Assembly: GCA_045616685.1 (NCBI GenBank)
Contig: JAZLHF010000002.1
Span: 1 to 24,000 of the forward strand
DNA: 24,000 bases
Reading direction: 5' to 3'
Source: Anaerovoracaceae bacterium
GTDB lineage: Bacteria; Bacillota; Clostridia; Peptostreptococcales; Anaerovoracaceae
The notes beneath the pieces were generated by a model. The model was not told the origin of the DNA. It ran no database searches and saw only the letters and a program-made list of their open reading frames with translations. The number at the start of each line of letters is the position of its first letter. The stretch's first letter is position 1. This document shows, in pieces, positions 1-7,787 of the stretch. The translations under genes were made by a program, and so were the position numbers.

Positions 1-293
1 TTCTTTTCAAGCTGAGATTCAAGATAGTTTAGTGCCAGAAAATAGTTTCTAACCTCTTGCTCTGGTTTTAAGAAATGTTTTCTCTCATCACGTTCAATTA
101 CTTCGTTAACCTGTTTTTCTGATAAAGGATTCCCTTCAATCTTATTTGAAGCATAAGAGCTTTTCTTTTTCGAGTTCTTGCGAAGCCTATTTACTACAGG
201 GCCAGATAGCTTAAGATCAGAAACTTGATATCGGTTCTTATCAATTTCTGTAATGTATTTCAATATTTCATTTGAAAGAGTAACTGTTATCAT
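1..293 (-). CDS. Fic/DOC-family protein, N-terminal part (gene continues off the left edge)
   Basis: Minus-strand ATG at 291-293 is preceded by GGAGA (rc of 301-305). Translation MITVTLSNEILKYITEIDKNRYQVSDLKLSGPVVNRLRKNSKKKSSYASNKIEGNPLSEKQVNEVIERDE... carries the S-x-x-S-N-x-IEGN motif typical of the N-terminal region of Fic-domain proteins. The frame stays open to position 1. It is absent from the ORF track because no stop lies inside the window. Confidence 0.5.
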   Translation of the reverse strand, partial: MITVTLSNEILKYITEIDKNRYQVSDLKLSGPVVNRLRKNSKKKSSYASNKIEGNPLSEKQVNEVIERDERKHFLKPEQEVRNYFLALNYLESQLEK

Positions 294-520
294 AAAATAA
301 TCTCCTTGAATATATTTTAACTCAAGGAGATTACAATTTCCATTATTTTTACACTAAATTTACACTATTTTTCACTATGTAGCATAATTTTGTCCCACAC
401 GAAACTATGGAATACTTCTCGTTATTACAATTTGCTTTAAAAGCATATTTACTACAGTTGAAAGATTTGTACCTAAATCTTCAAGTATTTCTAGTGACAT
501 TGTCAATACGAACAAAGAGC

Positions 521-964
521 CTAAAAAGGCTCTTCAATTTCGTAGACTTCAATCAACCATTCATAGCAGGATTCATGAGATATTTCTGAGGTTTTAATAG
601 ATTTCAGCCTAAAGAAGCTTTTTTGAGGGGTAAAAGCTAATTTAAGCTTAATTAGATAGTTACTCTCGCCCTCATATGCTGACAAATTTACGATTCTAAC
701 TGTGCCATTATCCTTGCTAAAACAAGGCATATTTGAGACGGCGTAGTTGATCATCGTTTGAACACAACTTCTACATATATCAGCGTCAAATACTATTTTT
801 TCAGTTTCTTCATCATAGCAATTAAGCGCTGCATATGCTGTGCATTCTTCCGTTAAAGCCTGAAGATTTTGCTCAAGAAGATAATAATTTGTAAAATCAG
901 ACTGATAGGTTAATCCTAAAACAGATAAAATAATTATCCCAAACGATACTATTAAAGGCTTCAT
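521..964 (-). CDS. Tad-locus accessory protein (TadE/TadG-like pseudopilin candidate), N-terminal hydrophobic anchor
   Basis: 147-aa ORF with N-terminal hydrophobic segment MKPLIVSFGIIILSVLGLTY. Its ATG overlaps the stop of the upstream gene (ATGA at 961-964), indicating operon coupling. The family assignment comes from context only. Confidence 0.4.
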   Translation of the reverse strand: MKPLIVSFGIIILSVLGLTYQSDFTNYYLLEQNLQALTEECTAYAALNCYDEETEKIVFDADICRSCVQTMINYAVSNMPCFSKDNGTVRIVNLSAYEGESNYLIKLKLAFTPQKSFFRLKSIKTSEISHESCYEWLIEVYEIEEPF

Positions 965-1332
965 AAGAATTCACTCGCAACCGAGCTGTTAATCACATAT
1001 GAGTATTCATTATTTTCCTTCAAGCCAAGCATTGCCCTTTTTACTATAATTGTCACTGAGTAATGAATAATGCTTCCCCTTGAAAAATCACCAAAATGTT
1101 TAGCATCACTAGTACAAGTAATATTATTGTTAGCAATGTGTAGTTTATTATTTATTTCTCTCTTAAGACCATCACAATCAAAATAGCCCTCCTGTTTTGC
1201 CTTCTCTGCATACGAATAAACAATATCGTTTACGCCCATAAGTCTAAAGCTATTAATTTGGTCTAAACTAACTTGCATGGCCATAATTAATAGCAAAGGC
1301 AATACTGCACACATTACAATAAACTGTTCCAA
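961..1332 (-). CDS. TadE/DUF4320-like pilus accessory protein; native 5' end (ATG and coupling to upstream gene) displaced by island insertion
   Basis: 123-aa ORF with N-terminus (L)EQFIVMCAVLPLLLIMAMQ, a TadE-like hydrophobic N-terminus. In the integrated state only a TTG at 1332 with no Shine-Dalgarno is available. The matching original start (ATG AAG CAG TTT ATA GTA) lies 13.5 kb away at 14867, overlapping the stop of the small gene 14864-15016. Confidence 0.5.
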   Translation of the reverse strand: MEQFIVMCAVLPLLLIMAMQVSLDQINSFRLMGVNDIVYSYAEKAKQEGYFDCDGLKREINNKLHIANNNITCTSDAKHFGDFSRGSIIHYSVTIIVKRAMLGLKENNEYSYVINSSVASEFL

Positions 1333-1339
1333 ATGATAA
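1313..1339. repeat. Island junction (attL-type hybrid site): shared core ATTACAATAAACTG plus island-side arm
   Basis: 1313-1326 ATTACAATAAACTG matches 14848-14861 ATTACTATAAACTG (13/14, direct). 1318-1339 AATAAACTGTTCCAAATGATAA is the reverse complement of 14829-14850 TTATCATTTGAAACAGTCTATT (20/22). Confidence 0.65.
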
Positions 1340-1397
1340 CTTTACATTACTATGTAAATCGAAACTCTATTAAAGTACTTTTACAAAGTCCCAACGT

Positions 1398-4238
1398 TTA
1401 TAATTTGTACTTTCCAACTATTGAAGTAAGAAAAGTTTCAATTTCATATTTAGCATTATTTGGTATTTTCTTTTCTAATAGTTGCTTTGGAATAATTACT
1501 CCAGATTTTCCGTGTACATTCTTTCTAAATACAATTTTATGTTCCTCACGTCTCAACCTTTGAATAATATATCCTTGGCTTAACCATGCATCTGATATAC
1601 AGCACTCATCATAGTTGTATTTAATAGCTCTTTTGGGAATATCAGCATCCCATTTTTCTTTCCATTCCCCAGGAGCTGTATCGTACCAAAATGCATCAGT
1701 AAAATAAGCTGTCCAATCAAGATTATCACCAATTATTTCTTCTATTTTTTTAAAGGTTAAAGTTACAGGCGATTTATTACATGTTCTAAAGAATTCCCTT
1801 AGCAAGTAGTATGGATCATCTTTTGTATTTTCCTCACTTATATATGTTTCTAATAATCCTAAGGTATTAATTCCTTCACCGCCATACCATGCACTGCTAT
1901 CAACAGCAATATTTGAGCATCTTTTGTGTACATATGCTAAGTTTTCAGCATTTATACCCTTATCTGGCCTTATTTTTACAATAGCAAGTTCCTGATCAGG
2001 AAGCATCCTCTTTTCACATGCAAAGCAAATACCCATTTGTCTTCGCCAGATTGCTTTATACTTATCTCCGGACACTCTGTTTATTTCTCTCTTATACTCA
2101 AGCTCATCATAATAAGCTTTGTCTAAATAAGGATTTGCTTCTGAACTTGTTGGAATCTGTCTTATTGGAGCCATTTCAGTTAACGATATTACTTGATAAT
2201 CCCTATGGTCTGGATCTGAAAACGCATAACCATTACTTGTTTTTATCCAAAACTTCTTTCTGATTTTTTCTTGTTCTCGCCTTGGATACATTTTCTTTGT
2301 TTTTGTTAAAAGAAGAGCATTTACAGCAACGTCTATATGCCTAAATGCTTCATATGCATCACTAATTCTTTGATAGTAACCCCATCCATAAAGCTTTCTA
2401 TTAAGTCCTTGTATAAACGATTTAATTGAGCCATTGTTATTCAAAATATACTTTTCAAGATTGCTTTCGAATGTTTTAATGGCATCATCTGATGGTCTAC
2501 TTTTAATCTGTCCATTATTCTTTTCGAAATGGTACGAAAGAAAATCAAAACCATCTTTTAGGTTTACTATTTTGCTTTTTTCTTCAGAAAGCTTTAGGCC
2601 ACGAATTTCTAAGAAGTCTTTTAATATTTTAAGTATATTTTCCGCCCTTTCTTTTGAATCTGCAGAAATAACAATATCATCTGCGAATCTAACAACCTTA
2701 CCATCTGAATGAGCTTTCAATAATTTTTCATCAATATATTGTTCAAGCCCATCCAAAGTCATGTTTCCAATTACAGGCGAAATACTTGAACCTTGAGATA
2801 TTCCGGCATCAGTTTCTCTCATAACGCCATTTTCTAAAACTCCAGCAGTTAAAAATTCTTTAAGAACGTGCTTATCCATTAAAATATTCTTCATTATCCA
2901 GTCATGGTTTATTTCATCATAATAATGTCTCACGTCTCCGTAAATAGCCCAGTCTGGTTTATCATATCCATTGAACATTTCCTTAACACATTCATGTGCA
3001 TCAAATATTGATCGTCCTTCTCTAAATCCAAAGGAATGTTTATCAGCAGTGCTTTCAGCCAAAGGCTTTAATGCAAATGAATAAAGAGTTTCCATTGCTT
3101 TATCATATTGTGTTGCAACTTTTATTATTCTTACTTTTCCACCTTGCTCCCTTAATTTAAAATTATAAAATGGTCTATGATGATAATCTTCTGCAGTTAA
3201 AGATAATACCGCCTTCATCTTTTCCGCATCCGTATTCCATTTAACATTGTCTATTCCAGATCCAGAATTATTATTAATTACCTTTCTTACTGCTAGTAGT
3301 TTTGCTGGCATAGAATTTACAATAATTAATTGCCATTCCAGGCATTTATCCCAATGTTTTAAACTTGCTTCAGTAGCAAGTCTATGTTGCATATTACTAA
3401 GCTTTCTTTCCATGATTGCCCAGTTTGTACTTGTCCACATCTCTGCAGCATTCTCATCATTAAGTAAATTTTTTTCTTTTGGTTTCCAAAATTGAATTTC
3501 CATTTTTATCGGACAGTGATCACTGCCATATATTTTGTTAAGGTGTTCTACGTCCTTAACTTCTCCAATTAATTCTCTTGAAATTAAAAAATAATCAAGG
3601 CGCCAGCCTCGATTCTCCCACCTTTTATTTAGTCTATTTGACCACCATGTATATGTTCTTGCCTGAGTCGGATAGTACGCTCTATACACATCAATTAAAT
3701 TACATGTTTGAATAAGATCTTTCATCCCAGTTCTTGTATCTTGATCAAATTTTGCTTCATTAATTTGGTTACGCTGGTTTTCTGGGTATATATCTATGCT
3801 CTCAAGTGCAACATTAAAATCCCCACATATAATTACTGGTTTATCCAAAGCTAAAATGAAATTTTTTAAGCATTTATCCCATCTAATTCTTACATCTAGT
3901 CGTTCCAGACCACTTTCAGCATTTGGCACATACACATTTATGACGTAATACTCCTGAAATTCAAGGCATATCATTCTGCCTTCAGCATTTAAATCAGAAT
4001 CTCCTATATCTGTTGTCACGGCTAAAGCTTTTTCTTTAGATAATATTAATGTTCCTGAGTACCCTTTTTTACTTGTGCATAGATTCCAATATTCCTCATA
4101 TTCATCTAATCTTAGCTGTATCTTCGACCTAACTTCTTGGCAACAAAAAAAATCTGCATTTTGTTTTCTTACCACTTGCTCAAATCCTTTTAATTTGCAT
4201 GCTTTAATTCCATTAACATTCCAGGATACTATTTTCAT
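1398..4238 (-). CDS. Fusion protein: N-terminal exonuclease III/APE-type (EEP) nuclease + group-II-intron-like reverse transcriptase + maturase/thumb-like region + CxxC..HxxC knuckle + C-terminal unknown module
   Basis: 946-aa ORF with SD-like GGAAGTGAGG upstream of the ATG at 4238. EEP motifs occur in order: SWNVNG, FFCCQEV, NVYVPN, ICGDFNV, GWRLDYFLIS, GSDHCPI (aa 1-247). RT blocks: GSGIDNV, RPFYNFKLREQGGKVRIIKV, HSFGFREGRS, YGDVRHYYDEINHD, GISQGSSISPVIGN, VRFADDIVIS, RGLKLSEEKSKI, GFDFLSYHF. Thumb-like region: RKLYGWGYYQ. Knuckle: CFACEKR...YVHKRC. Confidence 0.85.
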   Translation of the reverse strand: MKIVSWNVNGIKACKLKGFEQVVRKQNADFFCCQEVRSKIQLRLDEYEEYWNLCTSKKGYSGTLILSKEKALAVTTDIGDSDLNAEGRMICLEFQEYYVINVYVPNAESGLERLDVRIRWDKCLKNFILALDKPVIICGDFNVALESIDIYPENQRNQINEAKFDQDTRTGMKDLIQTCNLIDVYRAYYPTQARTYTWWSNRLNKRWENRGWRLDYFLISRELIGEVKDVEHLNKIYGSDHCPIKMEIQFWKPKEKNLLNDENAAEMWTSTNWAIMERKLSNMQHRLATEASLKHWDKCLEWQLIIVNSMPAKLLAVRKVINNNSGSGIDNVKWNTDAEKMKAVLSLTAEDYHHRPFYNFKLREQGGKVRIIKVATQYDKAMETLYSFALKPLAESTADKHSFGFREGRSIFDAHECVKEMFNGYDKPDWAIYGDVRHYYDEINHDWIMKNILMDKHVLKEFLTAGVLENGVMRETDAGISQGSSISPVIGNMTLDGLEQYIDEKLLKAHSDGKVVRFADDIVISADSKERAENILKILKDFLEIRGLKLSEEKSKIVNLKDGFDFLSYHFEKNNGQIKSRPSDDAIKTFESNLEKYILNNNGSIKSFIQGLNRKLYGWGYYQRISDAYEAFRHIDVAVNALLLTKTKKMYPRREQEKIRKKFWIKTSNGYAFSDPDHRDYQVISLTEMAPIRQIPTSSEANPYLDKAYYDELEYKREINRVSGDKYKAIWRRQMGICFACEKRMLPDQELAIVKIRPDKGINAENLAYVHKRCSNIAVDSSAWYGGEGINTLGLLETYISEENTKDDPYYLLREFFRTCNKSPVTLTFKKIEEIIGDNLDWTAYFTDAFWYDTAPGEWKEKWDADIPKRAIKYNYDECCISDAWLSQGYIIQRLRREEHKIVFRKNVHGKSGVIIPKQLLEKKIPNNAKYEIETFLTSIVGKYKL

Positions 4239-4255
4239 GATGCCTCACTTCCATT

Positions 4256-4305
4256 AAAAAACGGCTTTAAAGAGCTGCAACTTTATCTGTAGCTCTACAA
4301 AGCCG
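4256..4305 (-). terminator. Strong hairpin + T6 tract (intrinsic-terminator-like) between recombinase gene and RT start
   Basis: Minus strand reads CGGCTTTGTAGAGCTACAGATAAAGTTGCAGCTCTTTAAAGCCG followed by TTTTTT. The outer 7-bp stem is CGGCTTT/AAAGCCG and the inner 6-bp stem is AGAGCT/AGCTCT. The tract ends 17 nt before the RT ATG. Confidence 0.55.
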
Positions 4306-4308
4306 ATC

Positions 4309-4338
4309 ATTTTATTAATAAATAAGGATGAATATCAA
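4309..4338 (-). promoter_or_regulatory. Candidate sigma-A-type promoter for the RT gene
   Basis: Minus strand has TTGATA (rc of 4333-4338), an 18-nt spacer, then TAAAAT (rc of 4309-4314). The predicted start falls inside the 5' arm of the hairpin at 4262-4305. Confidence 0.35.
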
Positions 4339-4480
4339 CTTTTACAGCTGATAGTAAATTCTTATCTTATTCTTAGTTGCCTCTGCAAATAATTGATTTA
4401 TTAATATTTCTTTCATAATAAAGCCAGATTCCTTCAAACTATAATACAAACATTAATGATAAATCTTATACTATTTGCTA

Positions 4481-6298
4481 CTATTGCTTTTGTGCCTTTG
4501 CAATTTTCTTATCAGCCTTAACCAAACCTTTAAGTTTTGTAATATATGTTGTAAACGTGTTTTCTATATCAGCATTGTAACCCGTTATACTTGAGAAACC
4601 ATCAGGATTAATCTTTTCAAATAGTAGCGCTTCTAATTTTGCGAAGATATTAAGCTTAAAATCAACAAGCTTCTTATCATCAAATACAACATATTCCAGC
4701 ATATTTAATATTTCTTCTGGGCTATAGGAATCCCTTGGCAACAAATCTTCAACAGCTTTATTGTACTCATCAAGTAAATCTTGCACATAATCATACAGAT
4801 TACTGTTATTTTTTAGTATTGCATCCTTTTGCTTTGTAAGAACTTCTTTTTCTTGGCCAAGTGCTTCTACTTTATCAACCATATCTCTGGAATTTGTTAA
4901 TAACAAAGTTTCAGCAGCATTATCCAGCATTATGTTTACTTGAGTTAATCTTTCATTTATTGGTCTTACTGCTTCCAGGGCATCTTCTTCAATGTTCATT
5001 TCAATTGCAGCAACAATGAATACAATCAAGCGTTCATATATTTCTTGCTTTGCATGCTCAATATCAGCATTAATAACCTTGCCATCCTCAAACATTTTCA
5101 GTTCATCATCAATATATTTTTCAGTAATGTTTTTAGAATGACACTTTTTTATTCCGTAAGTGTGCTTGGTAGAACAAAGATAATAACGTTCCCCTTGCTT
5201 GTTTTTTTGCGAATGGAAAAATGCCCCACATTTTGCACATCTAATTTTTTCTGCATATTTTGTAACGCCACAGTAAGCAATACCTTTTTTATTATTAACA
5301 TACTTTGTGTGGGCTTCCCTAACTTGTTGACACTTATCAAAAATTACAGGATCAACTATTGCAGGGATTCTATCACTTGGTTCACAAATATAATGCTCAC
5401 GTGTGCGCATGTAATTTGGTTTATTTTCAAATACATATCCCCTTGTATGCTTCTGCGGATTATTAAATCCCTTATACTTTTCATTGGTAATCTTCTTTGT
5501 TATATCTGAAGATACCCACTCTGTGCGTTTGGTACTATTTGGCAAATTGCTTGGACGTTTTCTATAGCCTTCTTCATTTAAAGTATTGGCAATTCTTCTA
5601 CATCCAAAGCCTTGCGAATATAATTCAAACATCCTTCTAATTGCAGCAGCTTCTTCTTCAACAATTTCTAAACTGTTTGTTTCTTTTACATATCTATACC
5701 CATAAAGCTGACCCGAAGCATATATTTTGCCCTTTTTTGCACCTTCTTCTCTACCAAATCTAACCTTTTGGCTACGGTCACGGCTTTCATTTTCATCAAA
5801 TGTTAAGAATATCTGGATAAATGGCAAGTCATCTGACAGTCTTGTAGATTTATTAATATTTAAAAAATATACAAATACATCTTTTTCCCTAAGCCTATTA
5901 ATAATGCTCATTACTTCCATGTTCCTTGCAAATCTGGAAGTATTCTTAACAATGATATAATCAAATTTAGGCTTACGTTTGGAAACAGTATAAGCTTCAC
6001 CTGTTTTTCTACCAGAATCTTTATCTTTAATTTCAATTACATCAAGCCCGGCATCTTTAATCATTTTTGTAAATTCCGGCCTATTCAACTTGGTTCCAGT
6101 AATACCACGCTCAGGATAGATCTTTATTACATCAGATGGATCTTCTTTAAGTTCACGCTCAAAATAAGATCTCTGATTTTCCAATGAATTAAGCTGCGAT
6201 TCTTCTGTTGTAGAAACTCTACAATAAGCAACTGCTTTTGGCCGCCTGCCAAACTGTTCTTCAAATCTTCTAAATTCTTCTTGTACGCCTGAATGCAT
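4481..6298 (-). CDS. Large serine recombinase (integrase of the island)
   Basis: 605 aa. N-terminal resolvase catalytic domain (AVAYCRVSTTEESQLNSLENQ, with the catalytic Ser in RVST). Recombinase domain (YGYRYVKETNSLEIVEEEAAAIRRMFELY). Zn-ribbon (CAKCGAFFHSQ...YYLCSTKHTYGIKKC). Long C-terminal coiled-coil-like tail. Confidence 0.9.
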   Translation of the reverse strand: MHSGVQEEFRRFEEQFGRRPKAVAYCRVSTTEESQLNSLENQRSYFERELKEDPSDVIKIYPERGITGTKLNRPEFTKMIKDAGLDVIEIKDKDSGRKTGEAYTVSKRKPKFDYIIVKNTSRFARNMEVMSIINRLREKDVFVYFLNINKSTRLSDDLPFIQIFLTFDENESRDRSQKVRFGREEGAKKGKIYASGQLYGYRYVKETNSLEIVEEEAAAIRRMFELYSQGFGCRRIANTLNEEGYRKRPSNLPNSTKRTEWVSSDITKKITNEKYKGFNNPQKHTRGYVFENKPNYMRTREHYICEPSDRIPAIVDPVIFDKCQQVREAHTKYVNNKKGIAYCGVTKYAEKIRCAKCGAFFHSQKNKQGERYYLCSTKHTYGIKKCHSKNITEKYIDDELKMFEDGKVINADIEHAKQEIYERLIVFIVAAIEMNIEEDALEAVRPINERLTQVNIMLDNAAETLLLTNSRDMVDKVEALGQEKEVLTKQKDAILKNNSNLYDYVQDLLDEYNKAVEDLLPRDSYSPEEILNMLEYVVFDDKKLVDFKLNIFAKLEALLFEKINPDGFSSITGYNADIENTFTTYITKLKGLVKADKKIAKAQKQ

Positions 6299-6376
6299 AT
6301 CAATTACTCCACTAACATAAGAAGTTGTTTAATTTACGTTTTTATTATACCAGAAAAATTAATTTGTGTAACCCGC

Positions 6377-6404
6377 TTACGAACTGTATATATCACGGCA
6401 TAAT
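6377..6404 (+). promoter_or_regulatory. Candidate promoter for the Zn-ribbon/resolvase operon
   Basis: TTACGA (6377-6382), 16-nt spacer, CATAAT (6399-6404). It shares AACTG after the -35 and CACGGCATAAT with the candidate promoter at 12147-12175 on the other strand. Confidence 0.35.
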
Positions 6405-6511
6405 GAAAAAGGTCTCAAAACCTACAAGTTATGGGCAAATTTTAATGCCAACGTAAAACCAAGTATTTTGGCAGTTCCAAAACATAGTTTCAAAAATAGA
6501 GGTTAAAAACA

Positions 6512-6694
6512 ATGAAATGTTGTATCTGTGGATGTGAGATTACACATCCGTTAATTAAAAATTATCTTGGTAATAACCCTTGCCCTGTTACCACAGATCC
6601 TAATAAACGCTGCTGCGACAAGTGCAATGCTGAAGTAGTTATTCCGGCAAGAATTTTGCTATATGAAAAGCAAAGAACTGGAGGCAAAAAATGA
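6512..6694 (+). CDS. Small Cys-rich (Zn-ribbon-like) protein, translationally coupled to resolvase
   Basis: 60 aa with CxxC (CICGC) and CCDKC pairs. AGAGG lies upstream of the ATG. Its stop overlaps the resolvase ATG (ATGA at 6691-6694). Confidence 0.5.
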   Translation: MKCCICGCEITHPLIKNYLGNNPCPVTTDPNKRCCDKCNAEVVIPARILLYEKQRTGGKK

Positions 6695-7278
6695 TCTATG
6701 GATATGCCAGAGTCTCAACCAAAGGTCAAGCCAAAGATGGGAACTCTTTAATAGCCCAAGAGAATGCGCTTAAGAGAAATGGTGCAACAACTGTAATGTA
6801 TGAGAGTTTTACCGGAACCAAGTTGCACCGACCGGTTCTTGATGAACTTCTTAATAAGCTGCAGTCTGGGGACACTCTTATAGTTACTAAATTGGACCGT
6901 ATCGCACGAAATGCCAGAGATGGAATTGATATTATTAATGAAGTACTAAACAAGGGTTGTAGTATCCGAATTCTTAATATGGGGCTATTTGATAATTCCC
7001 CGTCTGGTAAGCTTATGAGAACTGTCATGCTTGCTTTTGCTGAATTTGAACGTGACATGATTGTGCAGCGCACTCAGGAAGGTAAAGAAATTGCAAGGCA
7101 AAATCCAAGCTTTAGAGAAGGCAGGCCCCGGAAGTTTAGAAATGAGCAGCTTGTTCACGCCGTAGAACTTTTTAATTCCGGGAAAACATACAAAGAAGTT
7201 GAAGCACTTACCGGAGTTTCCCGTAGCACCTTGTACAGATCTCTCTTAAATCAAGAAATCAAGGACGCTAAATTGTAG
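6691..7278 (+). CDS. Small serine recombinase (resolvase/invertase family)
   Basis: 195 aa. [13 protein letters not shown] catalytic motif, [20 protein letters not shown] and a C-terminal HTH ([10 protein letters not shown]). Confidence 0.9.
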   Translation: MIYGYARVSTKGQAKDGNSLIAQENALKRNGATTVMYESFTGTKLHRPVLDELLNKLQSGDTLIVTKLDRIARNARDGIDIINEVLNKGCSIRILNMGLFDNSPSGKLMRTVMLAFAEFERDMIVQRTQEGKEIARQNPSFREGRPRKFRNEQLVHAVELFNSGKTYKEVEALTGVSRSTLYRSLLNQEIKDAKL

Positions 7279-7369
7279 TGGAAGAGGCAAATTATAGGCG
7301 ATTCTTGCAAGCAACCAATACTCTCATAGCCTTTTCCTTTGTATTACAGGGGCTTGTAATTAATCATAA

Positions 7370-7405
7370 GACGTCTGTCCAAAGCTGGGTAGACGTCATT
7401 TTTTT
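7370..7405 (+). terminator. Rho-independent terminator after resolvase
   Basis: GACGTCT (7370-7376), 14-nt loop, AGACGTC (7391-7397), followed by ATTTTTTT. Confidence 0.5.
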
Positions 7406-7418
7406 AGGAGAAACCACA

Positions 7419-7559
7419 ATGAAGGAAATTATACCATTCAGTCAGGAAGAACAAGAAGCCATTAAAGCAATTATGCTTGAATATCTTACCAACTGCCAAT
7501 TAGTAATCCTGTGCAGTACTGAACCCCACGGGTTTTATACACTCAAAAGAAAACATTGA
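7419..7559 (+). CDS. Small hypothetical protein (46 aa)
   Basis: ATG at 7419 is preceded by AGGAG (7406-7410). This is the internal start of the 7278-7559 track ORF, whose upstream part crosses the terminator hairpin. Confidence 0.3.
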   Translation: MKEIIPFSQEEQEAIKAIMLEYLTNCQLVILCSTEPHGFYTLKRKH

Positions 7560-7787
7560 ATGGATTTTATCCCAAGATTTGAAGAATTGCTTAAAATCTA
7601 CAACATTACAGAAGATAGAATCATTGAGTTCGTTGAAGCTGATTGCTGCACTCCATTTATCTGAAATCTTATTAATAATAATAGAATTCCATATTACAAT
7701 TCTTTAGATGAAGTAGATATTAATCTTTTATATTAAGCAATGACCTTGGCCAATGTGGTAAAATAATATAAATAATTAGGTGTTAAT

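Noticed and set aside
515-534. Hairpin AAGAGCC/GGCTCTT at the 3' end of the 147-aa gene, considered as a terminator.
   Set aside because: It overlaps the stop codon and is not followed by a T-tract on the minus strand.
1377-4346. 9-nt direct repeat ACTTTTACA at 1377-1385 and 4338-4346 flanking the RT gene, considered as a target-site duplication of a LINE-like insertion.
   Set aside because: A 9-mer match between two short AT-rich spacers is not unlikely by chance. The repeat does not extend. The implied 3' UTR would be only 12 nt with no A-tail or other terminal signature. It is worth rechecking only if other genomic copies of the RT element exist.
4342-4416. 24-codon minus-strand ORF (MKEILINQLFAEATKNKIRIYYQL) in the recombinase-RT spacer.
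   Set aside because: It is very short, has only a weak and distant SD-like sequence, and there is no supporting signal. An ORF of this size is expected by chance in AT-rich sequence.
1333-4480. RT ORF as the intron-encoded protein of a group II intron.
   Set aside because: Only ~240 nt lie upstream and ~60 nt downstream of the ORF before other features, which is far too little for domains I-IV and V-VI. I saw no GUGYG 5' end and no domain-V-like hairpin.
1333-4480. Retron (msr/msd) or diversity-generating retroelement (TR/VR) around the RT.
   Set aside because: The RT motifs and the thumb region are group-II-like, not retron- or DGR-like. I saw no long template/variable repeat pair and no a1/a2-type inverted repeats flanking a structured region.
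5045-5509. Antisense or alternative-frame track ORFs inside large well-supported genes. Examples: 5045-5509, 2018-2263, 2434-2712, 3247-3495, 6726-7073, 11428-11709, 13932-14198, 15879-16181, 19239-19571 and 20430-20858.
   Set aside because: All lie fully inside genes with clear family motifs on the opposite strand or another frame. They encode low-complexity sequences and lack start-site signals.
7278-7559. 93-aa GTG-start ORF from the track.
   Set aside because: Its first half runs across the resolvase terminator hairpin (7370-7405) and has no SD. Only the internal ATG at 7419, with AGGAG upstream, is kept as a low-confidence small CDS.
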